From positions 1 to 54,384 of the IMG/VR virus record IMGVR_UViG_3300044809_000029: a DNA stretch of 54,384 nucleotides. One strand, written 5' to 3'. The DNA comes from a virus (lineage: Duplodnaviria > Caudoviricetes). Positions 34,778 to 44,331 of the stretch are shown piece after piece. Position 1 is the first letter of the stretch. Each line of letters begins with the position of its first letter. Made by a program: the position numbers and the translations under genes. The notes under the pieces were generated by a model that made no database searches, had not been told where the DNA came from, and was given only the letters and a program-made list of their open reading frames with translations.

Positions 34778-34883
34778 GTGTTCGGTTCCCATCGGGAGCA
34801 GCACGGGCAGCGCCAGTAGACGGCGTGCCCGATGTGGCAAGTATCCCCTTGACGTAGGTAAGACATTCTGGGACAATCCTTCT

Positions 34884-35870
34884 ATGTCGCAGGTAGACCG
34901 CAACTACCCAACGCGAGGCTCCGCTTCGGAGTCCACGTACTCGATCATGGAGTTCCTTCGGGAGTTCCCTGACGACAAGACGTGTCTGGACTGGCTATGG
35001 CGCAAGCGGTACTCCGAGGACGGCGAGCACGCCTACTGCTTCAAGTGCTCGAAGACCCGCAAGTTCCATCGCGTGAAGTCGCGGCCCTCGTATTCCTGCG
35101 ACCACTGCGGGCTGCACATTCACCCGACGGCCGGGACGATCTTCAACAAGTCCGCCACGTCGCTGCACTTGTGGTTCTACGCGATGTACCTGATGACGAG
35201 CACTCGCTGCGCGGTGTCCGCGAAGCACCTTGAGCGCGAGCTTGGCGTGACGTACAAGACCGCGTGGCGGATGGCGAACCGCATCCGCAACGTGCTCATG
35301 GACCAGGAGGACGAGCCGCCGCTGTCCGGTGAGGTTGAGGCCGACGAGACGTTCTTCGGCGGCAAGCCGCGCGCGGCTGAGACGCGCGCTCGTCGCAGGG
35401 GCCGGTCGCTGCACGCGCCGCAACCCAAGGTGCCGCCCGCGAAGCGCAAGACCGTCGTGTTCGGTGCCGTCGAGCGCGGCGGGCGGATCAAGGCGACGGT
35501 CGTGGCGGATAGTCGAGCGCACACACTCGGGCCGGTCGTGCGCCAGTACGTCATGCCGTCCTCGATCCTGTTCACGGACGAATGGAAGGGCTACATCGAC
35601 GTGGGCTACCGCTACCGGGAGCACCACCGGATCAAGCACTCCGAGGACGTGTACGTGAGCGGCAACGTCCACACGAACACCATCGAAGGTTTCTGGTCCA
35701 ACGTGAAGCGCGGCATCTCGGGCAACTACCACAACGTCTCCACGAAGTGGCTACAGGGCTACCTCAACGAGTTCTGCTGGCGCTGGAACCAGCGCAAGAG
35801 CGGAGACGGCCGCGCGATGTTCGAAGCGCTCGCGCTCCGCGCTGTGGACACGGCGCTGCCGTGGTCCTAG
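34884..35870 (+). CDS. IS1595-family DDE transposase
   Basis: Zn ribbon CFKC/CDHC; VEADETFFGG, FTDEWKGY, HTNTIEGFWSNVKR. Confidence 0.95.
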   Translation: MSQVDRNYPTRGSASESTYSIMEFLREFPDDKTCLDWLWRKRYSEDGEHAYCFKCSKTRKFHRVKSRPSYSCDHCGLHIHPTAGTIFNKSATSLHLWFYAMYLMTSTRCAVSAKHLERELGVTYKTAWRMANRIRNVLMDQEDEPPLSGEVEADETFFGGKPRAAETRARRRGRSLHAPQPKVPPAKRKTVVFGAVERGGRIKATVVADSRAHTLGPVVRQYVMPSSILFTDEWKGYIDVGYRYREHHRIKHSEDVYVSGNVHTNTIEGFWSNVKRGISGNYHNVSTKWLQGYLNEFCWRWNQRKSGDGRAMFEALALRAVDTALPWS

Positions 35871-35885
35871 GAGCTGCGCCCGGTT

Positions 35886-36050
35886 CTACGCGGGCTTAGT
35901 TCGCCGTCCGAGGCGACGCGGCGTAGGGCTTGCAACTGCTGGTCGTCGTGTCCCGGAGGCGGGACCCCTTGGCGGCGGCCCCAACTTGCTCGCGGACTTC
36001 CCACCAGCCGCGTAGCCTCGCTGCATCCTCCAACCCGTCTTCTTCGCCAT
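35886..36050 (-). CDS. Small basic Pro-rich passenger peptide (54 aa)
   Basis: Translated by hand MAKKTGWRMQRGYAAGGKSASKLGPPPRGP... Confidence 0.4.
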   Translation of the reverse strand: MAKKTGWRMQRGYAAGGKSASKLGPPPRGPASGTRRPAVASPTPRRLGRRTKPA

Positions 36051-36073
36051 TGGGCCGCGAACGCGGCGTCCTC

Positions 36074-36700
36074 CTATCTCGGTGCGAACTCCAGATATTC
36101 TATCTCCGCCCAGCGGACGACAAACCCGTACTCCTTGAACTTGGCTTTGCCCTGGGCGTCGCGCACGAACTCCCCGGTTTCCGCGTCAATCTCGACTGCC
36201 TTCGACACGAAGATGTCGGCCGGCTCGGGATACCCGCCCGCGTAGGAATCCTCGGCGTACGCCCCTCCGATCCAGGCGCCGGACTTCAGCTTCATCCGTA
36301 TCCAACCGTCCGGCTGGCGTGACAGAAGATGATCCCAAGCGGTCGGCGCGGGATTTGAGCCCTCAATTACGGCCGGTAACGACCACCTGTTCAGCGCGAG
36401 GCCGAGCAGCGTCCCGGCAACGATAGGCACCGCGACATAGCCGATACCGACCGGCCACAGCCACCACGGCAAGACCGAACCCTGTCGGACCGCGTCGGTG
36501 CGGAAGTAGTCGTGCCAGAGCTTGTACGTGACGGGCGCCACCAGGGCGTGGAGGATCGTCGAAACACCCACAAACCGGAGAAGTCGATCCGAGAAGCCAA
36601 TGCCGTAGCGACCAACCAAACGCTCGACGGCCCACATGAAGAGGCCGCCAGGTAGCAACGCAACAAGGATCACGGCCAGCGCTTGAAACGTGCTGGGCAT
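36074..36700 (-). CDS. Passenger membrane protein (DUF6338-like)
   Basis: Three TMs, LLPG start, PTAWD motif, beta-rich C-terminus. Confidence 0.75.
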   Translation of the reverse strand: MPSTFQALAVILVALLPGGLFMWAVERLVGRYGIGFSDRLLRFVGVSTILHALVAPVTYKLWHDYFRTDAVRQGSVLPWWLWPVGIGYVAVPIVAGTLLGLALNRWSLPAVIEGSNPAPTAWDHLLSRQPDGWIRMKLKSGAWIGGAYAEDSYAGGYPEPADIFVSKAVEIDAETGEFVRDAQGKAKFKEYGFVVRWAEIEYLEFAPR

Positions 36701-36738
36701 CGCTGAAGGCTAATTGAGCGCGGGAATCCCCGCTCGCG

Positions 36739-36882
36739 TTACTTCGGAGACTTGTCCGGAGCGCTAGGTGCCTTCGGCGCGGCCTTCATTAGATCGCGCA
36801 GCACCGCGTCCCGCGTTGGGATCGGTATCTCCGCGCCCTTCGGGGTCTTCTGCTTAGGCTCCGGATTCTGTTCGCCAGCCAT
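36739..36882 (-). CDS. Small passenger peptide (47 aa)
   Basis: Translated by hand MAGEQNPEPKQKTPKGAEIPIPTRDAVLRDLMKAAP... Confidence 0.5.
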   Translation of the reverse strand: MAGEQNPEPKQKTPKGAEIPIPTRDAVLRDLMKAAPKAPSAPDKSPK

Positions 36883-36899
36883 CAACACAGCCTAGACCG

Positions 36900-37688
36900 A
36901 TGAGTCATTGGCTGAAGCTCAGCCGGGCGCTCGACCACGTCGACGCTCTCGACCGCGCCATCAAAGGGTGGCTGGCAGGTGACTCGTACCGCTTTGTCAA
37001 GGAGTACGACACCGAGACCCGGAGGGTCGCAATCGTCGCTCGGATCAGCGAACCGATTCCTCCGGCATGGGGCCCGATGATCGGAGATGTCGTCCACAAC
37101 CTGCGGTCGGCGCTCGATCATCTTGCCTTCGCCCTCAACGCAAAGGGCTATGCCGACGCCAACAACGGAGCGACGCTCCCCGAGAAGGCCGTCAACGACT
37201 CGGAGTTCCCGATCTTCGGCCACGGAACCGCCAAGCTCACCGCTAAGGACGCGTTCGACAACGCCAGCCGGAAATACGCGCACATGGACTCGGCGGCGCA
37301 AGCCGTCATCACGAAACTCCAGCCGTATCAGCGAGGGGCCGAGTTCGCCAGCGACCCCTTGTGGGTCGTCCATGAGCTGAGCCGAATCGACAAGCACCGC
37401 GAACCTCTCACGATCGCGTTCGCAACCCCTTCCTGGCAGATTCGTGGCGGGATGCTGGGAGGTCCCAGCCAACTCGGAAACGCAGGGCCGGTAGAGGACG
37501 GCTTCGCCTTGCACTGGTGGACTTCCCCTCACGGCCCATCTGAAGCCGATCCGGAGTTCAAGGTCACCCGCGAGATAGCGTTCGCGGACGGAACGGAAGC
37601 GCGGTACCAGCCAGTCGTCCCAACCCTCCGGGGGCTGCGGGACTACATCCGATTCAAGGTCGCGTTCCCGCTGGACAAGTGGCTCTAG
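36900..37688 (+). CDS. Passenger protein, possibly HEPN-like
   Basis: GDVVHNLRSALDHL...FPI...QPY...LSRIDKHR. Confidence 0.7.
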   Translation: MSHWLKLSRALDHVDALDRAIKGWLAGDSYRFVKEYDTETRRVAIVARISEPIPPAWGPMIGDVVHNLRSALDHLAFALNAKGYADANNGATLPEKAVNDSEFPIFGHGTAKLTAKDAFDNASRKYAHMDSAAQAVITKLQPYQRGAEFASDPLWVVHELSRIDKHREPLTIAFATPSWQIRGGMLGGPSQLGNAGPVEDGFALHWWTSPHGPSEADPEFKVTREIAFADGTEARYQPVVPTLRGLRDYIRFKVAFPLDKWL

Positions 37689-37817
37689 CTCAGACTTCTC
37701 TGCTTGCCATGCGGGGAAAATCATCTCAATACCTCTTACCTACGTCAAGGGGATACTTGCCCCCGATGTGGTCGAACACGAGTGTCATCCCGAGTCGGCA
37801 GAGCGCGCAGGTCTTGG

Positions 37818-38213
37818 TCATGCCGCCATCGCCTCAGCCTGGCGGATCTTCCTGCCGTACCAAGCGGGGCGGCAGGAGTAGCACTTGACGCGCGGGCGGC
37901 CCATGTTGGTCTCGCGAACGAACCGGCCACCGCATTCGGTGCAGGTCTGCTCGCCGGTGGGACGGGGGACGAGTTCAAGGTGCGGCTGGCGGTGCTTGCC
38001 GCGTACCAGGCTGGGGTCCGTGGCGACGAGATGGACGCCCGCGTCCGCGAGCATGTGATCGAAGGCCGCGTCCTTGAGTTCGGTCGCGCCGTCGACCATC
38101 TTGCCCTCGGCGATCGCGCCCATCTTCCAGGAGGAGTGCAGCCAGTTGTCGAACGCGGCGAGGTAGGCGCGTTGAGCAGGCGAGATCTTGATGTCGTCGT
38201 CGTTGCTCGACAT
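37818..38213 (-). CDS. Zn-finger hypothetical protein
   Basis: CTECG...GRPRVKCYSC; GGAGG RBS. Confidence 0.7.
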   Translation of the reverse strand: MSSNDDDIKISPAQRAYLAAFDNWLHSSWKMGAIAEGKMVDGATELKDAAFDHMLADAGVHLVATDPSLVRGKHRQPHLELVPRPTGEQTCTECGGRFVRETNMGRPRVKCYSCRPAWYGRKIRQAEAMAA

Positions 38214-38276
38214 CGCTCGGCCTCCGGTTACGGGGTGAGGGCGGGGAACACGGTGGTTCTCGGCCGCCCCTTGAAC

Positions 38277-38525
38277 TTAGAGCCACCCGGGGAGTACGCA
38301 GTGGCAGTGTTTGCAGCGTGGGAGCCCGTGGAGGGCTTCAGCGTCGTGGTCTCGCTCACAGCACGCCCAGGAACAGACGGCGCGGTGGATCAGGGCGTTG
38401 CGGGCGGCTGCGGAGGCACGTCGCCTTAAGTCGGGTCGTACTGCATCGCCGCCGAGCGCGTGGCTGGTGAGGGCGTGGACGGACTCGCGGACGAGTGTAC
38501 TCCATGTTCGTGCGGAACGCATCAA
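38277..38525 (-). CDS. Cys-rich hypothetical protein
   Basis: CSWACC...CKHCHC; coupled overlap. Confidence 0.5.
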   Translation of the reverse strand: MMRSARTWSTLVRESVHALTSHALGGDAVRPDLRRRASAAARNALIHRAVCSWACCERDHDAEALHGLPRCKHCHCVLPGWL

Positions 38526-39022
38526 GCGGCCCTCGGGACACCGTCCAGCTTGGCCTCGATCGTTTCGAGTTTGCGTAGTGCGACGGCGGGTTCGCGGCGG
38601 CCTCCGCGTTTGGCTTGGTCGAACATCTTGCGGGCGACGAGGAACTCGCGGGTGAGGTTGACGTTGGCTTGGCGGGCGCGGCGTTCAGCGTCGATGAGGC
38701 GCTGTTCGCTGCTGAGGAGCTTGCGGGTCTGCCGGGCTTGTTCGACGTGGTGGAGGTGCTGGATCGAGCGGTGGAAGTCGGCGGCTTCGGCGTACCCGTC
38801 GAGGATGGCTGGGCCGACGCATTCGGGTTCGTCGTTGATGTTGGCGGCGTCGCGGATGCGGGCGATGGTCTCGGGGTGGAGTTGTTCGTGGAGCGGCGGT
38901 TCGCGGAGCGGCCGGTTGCGGTAGCCGTGTCCGTCGCCGGCGGTTGCGCGTGGGGCGAGAAACAGTGGCCGTTCGCGCGTGGGTGGTGTGGGCTGCTCGC
39001 TGGGCTCGTCGGGTTCGGTCAT
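38522..39022 (-). CDS. Hypothetical protein
   Basis: Coupled ORF, helical C-terminus. Confidence 0.65.
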   Translation of the reverse strand: MTEPDEPSEQPTPPTRERPLFLAPRATAGDGHGYRNRPLREPPLHEQLHPETIARIRDAANINDEPECVGPAILDGYAEAADFHRSIQHLHHVEQARQTRKLLSSEQRLIDAERRARQANVNLTREFLVARKMFDQAKRGGRREPAVALRKLETIEAKLDGVPRAA

Positions 39023-39201
39023 CTCGCCGCCTTGGTCGTGTGCCAGCCGTTGCAGAACGGGCAGCGGTACGCGCTGCCTCCGTACCTCGAGACTCGAAGT
39101 TGGGCGCCGAGTCGCGAGAAGCGGATCTTGCGCGTGCAGGCGCGGCGTTCGCCGGGGCGTCCTTGCGGGCTACGGCGCGGATCGCGGCTTGCGCGGCTCA
39201 C
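39019..39201 (-). CDS. Small Zn-binding phage protein
   Basis: C..K.RF...AYRCPFCNGWHTT. Confidence 0.65.
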   Translation of the reverse strand: MSRASRDPRRSPQGRPGERRACTRKIRFSRLGAQLRVSRYGGSAYRCPFCNGWHTTKAAR

Positions 39202-39728
39202 TCCGCCACCTTGAGCAGTTCGCGCTCGAACTCGCGAGCGAGACAGCCGTCGATCGAGAGGCCCTGGACGTTGCTGCGATTGCCGAGGTTGCCGCCGATC
39301 GCGCGGCCGACCTTGTAGCGGTCGAACATGATCGCCCGGTCCAGCGCACCGAACGGCTCCCATTGCAGTTCGCTCCCTCGAACCACCTTGTGGAAGCCGA
39401 CCGGCGGCACCCCGCGTTCATCGAGGAACGCGCCGGCCTTCTCATGTAGGCCGGCGAAGAACGGGATCAGGATCGCGGGGCAGTCAAACCACTCGCCCAT
39501 GAGACGGTGCTCCCAGAAGTTCTGGTGCAGCAGCGACTCCACGGTCGCGCCTCCTGGGATCGCGTCGCGAACGACCAGTTGCTCGGGGTTACCGCACTGG
39601 AGCTCGTAGCAACGCTTGTCGGGGTCGAGCGCCCTACCGACCTTCACTGGGCCGTCGTCGCCCATCTGCATGAGGTAGACGAACTCGGAGACTCCTGCGG
39701 CGCGCCATTCAGCAACGATCTTGGTCAA
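39198..39728 (-). CDS. GIY-YIG-like (T5orf172/MUG113) protein
   Basis: FVYLMQ...VKVG...R..ELQCGNP...E..LH..F...GEWF; GGAGG then TTG start. Confidence 0.82.
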   Translation of the reverse strand: MTKIVAEWRAAGVSEFVYLMQMGDDGPVKVGRALDPDKRCYELQCGNPEQLVVRDAIPGGATVESLLHQNFWEHRLMGEWFDCPAILIPFFAGLHEKAGAFLDERGVPPVGFHKVVRGSELQWEPFGALDRAIMFDRYKVGRAIGGNLGNRSNVQGLSIDGCLAREFERELLKVAE

Positions 39729-39862
39729 CGGTGGACCTCCGAGTCGTGAGCGAGCACGCCCGCGATTTTCCCGCACGTACCGGACGCGTTCTGTGGAGTG
39801 CTCACGGAGGCTGGTCCCTACCAGGCTGCGGGTGGGCTGGACAGGTTAGACTCGCGCGCCTG

Positions 39863-41341
39863 GTGGCCCGGCCCTTGCGCTTGGACGAGATCGTGCGCGT
39901 CTCTCAACGCGGCGACCGTGAAGGCGACTCGTTCCGCAGTCCCGACCAGCAGCACGCCATTATCGCACGCTGGGCTGAGGCGAACAACGCCACGATCACC
40001 GCGCGCCACGAAGCGATCGACGTGAGCGGGAAGACGATGGACCGCGCGGACATTGACGCTGCCGTGGCGCGGATCCGGGCTGGGGAGAGCGACGGGATCA
40101 TCGTCGCCTGGTTGGACCGTTTCAGCCGCGCCCCGGTAGCTGAAGCCTTGAGGGTGTATGAGGACATCGCCGCTGCGGGGGGGCGAGTGATCGCGGTGGA
40201 TATGGCCGGGTTGGATCCGCGTGATCCGAGCGGGGAGCTTGCGCTGACGTTGAACTTGGGTGTGAACCGGATGCAGTGGCGTCGCGCTCAGGAGCGGTGG
40301 CGGATGAGTCAGGCGGACGCTGTCCGGGCGGGGAAGGCGATCGGCGGGGCGCCGTTCGGGTACCGGTTCCGCGACCCGACACCCAGGCCTCGCGGTGTCG
40401 GCGTCCTCGACTCCAGGTTGGTCGTGGAGCCCGGGGAGGCCGGGGTCGTTCGCGAGTTGTTCGAGCGCAAGATCGGTGGGGCGACGTGGCTGGAGCTCGC
40501 GCGGTTCCTTGATCTCGCGGCGCCACGCGCGGATGGGCGAACGTGGTCGAGGCAGACGGTGCAGGGCATGATCCGTAACCGCACGTATCTCGGGGAGGTC
40601 CGGTTCGGTGAGCATCACCGGGCTGACGCGCATGAAGCGATCGTGTCGCCGAGCGTGTGGCGGCGCGCTCAGCCCGCGCCGAGCCGGCGAACCCCGAGGG
40701 GCTCGTACCTGCTCACGGGGCTCGTTCGTTGCGCGGGGTGCGGTTGGAGGATGCTCGCCAACAGCGGCGGCCGGGAAGGCCCGAGGGTGTACGCGTGCCC
40801 GACGTTGGACTGCCCGGCGAAGTCGACGGTTCTCGTGCACCGACTCGATGAGGAGGTTGTCCGGCAGTTCTTCGAACACTTGGAGGACTTCAGCGTGCGG
40901 GAGGCGACCGGGGGCACGCTCGAGACGGCCCGGGCGTTGGTCGCGGAGCGGACTGCGGTCGTGGAGCGTCTCGCTGCGGTGGTGCCGTCGCATCCGGCGG
41001 CGGTCGCGGCGCACCAGGAGGCTCTGCGGGCGGCGGAGCGGGAGCTTGAGGAGGCGGAGGACGCGCTCGCTGGCGCGGCCCCGGTAGCTGGGCCGGAAGC
41101 GGGGGTGCTCCGGGAGGACTGGCCGGGATTGACGCTACCGGAGCGGCGCACGTTGATCGGGGCCGGGGTGGATGCGGTGCTGGTCAGGCGGGCGAGGTCA
41201 CGCGGCGCGCCGCACCGGCCGATCAGTGAGCGTGTCCTTGTCCTGTTCGCTGGGGACGCGCCCGAGGGGCTGCTCGAGCCGCGCGGGCTCACGGGGTGGG
41301 CCTGGGACGACGATCCAGGGTCGTTGCGTCCGGTCTCGTAG
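39863..41341 (+). CDS. Large serine recombinase (integrase)
   Basis: RVS catalytic Ser, DVSG, LDRFSR, PFGY, NRTYLG, HEAIV, LLTGLVRCAGCG Zn ribbon; start uncertain. Confidence 0.93.
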   Translation: MARPLRLDEIVRVSQRGDREGDSFRSPDQQHAIIARWAEANNATITARHEAIDVSGKTMDRADIDAAVARIRAGESDGIIVAWLDRFSRAPVAEALRVYEDIAAAGGRVIAVDMAGLDPRDPSGELALTLNLGVNRMQWRRAQERWRMSQADAVRAGKAIGGAPFGYRFRDPTPRPRGVGVLDSRLVVEPGEAGVVRELFERKIGGATWLELARFLDLAAPRADGRTWSRQTVQGMIRNRTYLGEVRFGEHHRADAHEAIVSPSVWRRAQPAPSRRTPRGSYLLTGLVRCAGCGWRMLANSGGREGPRVYACPTLDCPAKSTVLVHRLDEEVVRQFFEHLEDFSVREATGGTLETARALVAERTAVVERLAAVVPSHPAAVAAHQEALRAAERELEEAEDALAGAAPVAGPEAGVLREDWPGLTLPERRTLIGAGVDAVLVRRARSRGAPHRPISERVLVLFAGDAPEGLLEPRGLTGWAWDDDPGSLRPVS

Positions 41342-41410
41342 GATTTGGGCGTACGCGCGGGCGACTGCTTCGGTGGCGCGGTTCACGGCGCAGGATCGCC
41401 CCCACAAGTT

Positions 41411-41451
41411 TGTCTAGACCCCTTGACATTGTCTAGCGCAGTAGACATACT
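41411..41451 (+). promoter_or_regulatory. Sigma70-type promoter overlapped by two palindromic operators
   Basis: TTGACA(41423)-N17-CATACT(41446); TGTCTA-N6-TTGACA at 41411 and TGTCTA-N6-TAGACA at 41430. Confidence 0.75.
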
Positions 41452-41457
41452 GCGGTC

Positions 41458-41634
41458 ATGAGTAAGCGCACCCCCAAACAGCAGGCCCGCTTCGACGCCG
41501 CCACCCAGCGCGCCGTGGAGATCGCTCGCGAGCGGCACATCCGCTTGTGGAACGCGCGCATGGAGAAGGAAGAGCAGGCGATCATCGACAACTTCGTCGG
41601 CGACATCGCCACCTACGTCGGAGCGAAGGCGTAG
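41458..41634 (+). CDS. Small hypothetical protein (58 aa, probably leaderless)
   Basis: Translated by hand MSKRTPKQQARFDAATQRAVEIARERH...; ATG 6 nt after the -10. Confidence 0.7.
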   Translation: MSKRTPKQQARFDAATQRAVEIARERHIRLWNARMEKEEQAIIDNFVGDIATYVGAKA

Positions 41635-41637
41635 ACC

Positions 41638-42003
41638 ATGACGCTCACCGACCAGCAGATCACCGACCTCGAGGCCGCCGACCTCCTCGCCCGCGAAGCG
41701 AAGGCCCTCTACGACAACGCGCGCCTCGTCCGCGAACGCGAGATCCGCCGTGTCGCCGCCGAGGGCGGAACGTACCGGGACATCGCAACTGTCGCCGGGG
41801 TCGCGTACCAGCGCGTCGCGCAGATCGTGACGAGCAAGACACCGCCTACGCGGCCGAGGAACGACCATCTCCGCTTCGAGTGCCCCCGGTGCGGCGCCGG
41901 CGTCGGCGAACCCTGCGAGGGCAAGGACCGCTGGCAAGCGCACGGGCAGCGGCACGACGTGGCGATCGCGGCGTTCCGCGCGGAACATCCAGAGCTCGGA
42001 TAG
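41638..42003 (+). CDS. HTH DNA-binding protein with C-terminal Zn finger
   Basis: TYRDIATVAGVAYQRVAQIV; CPRCGA...C...H. Confidence 0.8.
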   Translation: MTLTDQQITDLEAADLLAREAKALYDNARLVREREIRRVAAEGGTYRDIATVAGVAYQRVAQIVTSKTPPTRPRNDHLRFECPRCGAGVGEPCEGKDRWQAHGQRHDVAIAAFRAEHPELG

Positions 42004-42029
42004 GGCTCGCTCGCTTCCGCGTGAATCCG

Positions 42030-43920
42030 TCATGACGGCCTCTCGATGTAGCGCCGCCGAAACGCGCGCTCAGCGCTGCGCCGCTGCGTGTCCTCAGCCG
42101 TTGGCCTCAGGCCCGTGCGCTCGATGTCGTCGAGGGCGGCTAGATAGCCGCTAACGAACGGGCTCCAGTCCTGCGTGTAGACGACCTCGCGCATCCCCTC
42201 AGCGACTTGGCTACGACCGCGGCGGAGCATCCAGACGAACCACCCGAGGACGAGCACGAGAACGAGGGCCGCGCCCAAGGTCACTTCAGCGCCTCCTCAG
42301 GCCATGCCTCGGCGATCTCCTTCTCGATCTGCTGGTAGAGCTTCACCCGAGGGTTGCTCGGCGCATAGCCCATCGCCGCCTCATGGAGCAGAAACCGCAG
42401 AGTGAGCGCCTGCCCCTTGGCGATCCACGGCCTGATGTAGAGCGGTTCCACAGCCCGCTCGCTTTCCTGTACTTGGAAGTCGGTCACGACGGCCACCGGT
42501 TGATGAAATCGCCGAAGCGATCGATGGAGACGCGCTTCCAGTAGCCGCCGGTGCCCGCCCACGTCACCATCGTCTGGTTGTCCCGGTAGCGGTCAACGAA
42601 GTGCGGCGTGACGGTCTGCGAACGCTTGGACGGCGCCCAGCGCCCTGACTGCACCGAGTGGACAGGGACGCCCTTCGGGATCACGAAAGGCTGGCCGACC
42701 AGCGGCTCAGGCGTGGGAGCCAACTCCCTTTGTGATGGGTGCTGCTGGTCAGGCATTCCGTCACGGCCCCGCGATCTCGGGATCGAAGCCCAACCCGCGC
42801 AAGGCCGCCACGAGGCCACACGGGCAGTCGGGCTCATGCGGATAGCGGTCCGGGTGGTCGCAGCGCCAGGACTGATGCGAGACGTACTCAGTGACGGCTT
42901 CTCGCAGTCGATCCACGTCTGCCCGGAGGCCGACGATCTCGGCTGCGCAGGAGTGCGCGATCCCGAGGCCGTCTAGGTGGGCTCCGCACCCGCCGCAGAC
43001 GTAGGTCAGCCCGCTCTTGGCAGGCTGCGTCATAGCTCGCTCGGCGTCTTCCCAAGGGCTCCACGCGCGACCGCCTGCATGGCCCGCATCGTGTCCTCGT
43101 AGTCAGCAATGACCTCCTGGCCGGCCTTCATCTGTCGGTGCTGGTCGAGCAGCACATCGCTCGACCGGGGCTCAACCGCGCCCGTCGCGATCGTGTAGAG
43201 CGCCTGGTGGTAGCGGTCCCGCTCCGCGCGCGACTCGTGCAGAGCGAAGCTCGCCGGCGCGATGTAGCGCTGCACCGCTCGGAGGATCGACCTGCTCTGG
43301 CTAGACATCAGCTTGCCTCCACGGGAGGCGCTGGACAAGGTTGCCGGTAGCGGCGCACCACGCGAACGTGAGGCACCAGAGCGAGACGACGATCCATCCA
43401 GCCCACTTGCCGGTGTCGAAGGCGTAGGCGATCGTCACCGCGATCGGGATCAGCAGAGCGATCCATGCCAGGGCGGAGAGCAGCAGGTAACGCGCCTTCG
43501 CCCCAGTGGACCAGCTTGGACGAGGTTCCGACTGAGCCATCACGCAGCCACCGCCGCCCGCGCCAGCCCGAAGTAGTCCACGTCGTCGGGGTGCAGCTCG
43601 AGTGTCTCCCGGCTGTGCGCCGCGAGGACCGTCGCGAACATGGCAAACTGCTCCGCCGCGCGCTTGTGGTGGCTGATCTTGCTACCCGCCTCTGAGAGCC
43701 GCTTCGTCAACTTCGGGTCGAACTGCACGTCATGGCGTGCGCCGCCAGTGACCTCGTACTCCGTGACCTCCAGGCCGGCGCGCTTGAGTTCGGCGAGCAC
43801 GTCCTGGCGCTCGCGCTCCCACCACGAACGGCGCTCCTCGTGGTAGTCGCGGCGCTCCTCAGCGGCCTTCGCGATGTCGCCTGCGCGGTACTGGAACGTC
43901 CACTCGTTGCGAAGGCTCAT
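42030..43920 (-). other. Run of seven small coupled hypothetical genes (42030-42284, 42281-42487, 42484-42756, 42761-43033, 43030-43308, 43301-43543, 43540-43920)
   Basis: Tiling ORFs with short overlaps; two have TM helices. Confidence 0.6.
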
Positions 43921-44010
43921 GGCCTCTCCTTGGTCTGTTCGGTTTCGGTGCTCGCCAGCTTCCTTGGGGGAGCGGGTCGGCTCCCGCTGTTGGCTCGAAG
44001 CGGAAGACGG

Positions 44011-44331
44011 TCAGGCATCGCGCAGCCGCTCCTCGACGAGATCCCAGGACGCCTGCACGTCCTCGTTCATCGCGACGGCAGTCACGTCATGCAGCGAGCG
44101 CAGCTCATGGATGAACGGCGACGTCATGGCTTCCACGCCCGAGCAGTCCAGCGTCACCGGCCCGGCAGGGAGCAACTCGGCGACGTTCCGCGCCATGCGC
44201 CGCGTCGCGAAGATTCGGTGCCGCGACCAGTCGATCTCGTAGCCCCGGTCCTTGGCGAGTTGCCGCAGGTTCTCGGGCACATTCGCTGGCTCGTTCGGCG
44301 GCAGCACCGTGGCAAGGTCGACCGTGGTCAT
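44011..44331 (-). CDS. STAS-like domain protein
   Basis: FATRRMA...VTLDCSGVEAMTSPFIHEL. Confidence 0.65.
   Translation of the reverse strand: MTTVDLATVLPPNEPANVPENLRQLAKDRGYEIDWSRHRIFATRRMARNVAELLPAGPVTLDCSGVEAMTSPFIHELRSLHDVTAVAMNEDVQASWDLVEERLRDA

Larger units (their letters stand above)
34836..37761 (+). mobile_element. IS1595-family transposon with passenger genes (2926 bp)
   Basis: Perfect 28-bp TIRs at 34836-34863 and 37734-37761; 8-bp TSD CCCGATGT at 34828-34835 and 37762-37769. Confidence 0.95.
34774..37821 (-). pseudogene. 37-aa Zn-ribbon gene split by the IS (parts 37821-37762 and 34827-34774)
   Basis: Removing the IS and one TSD gives MTKTCALCRLGMTLVFDHIGHAVYWRCPCCSRWEPNT*. Confidence 0.8.
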
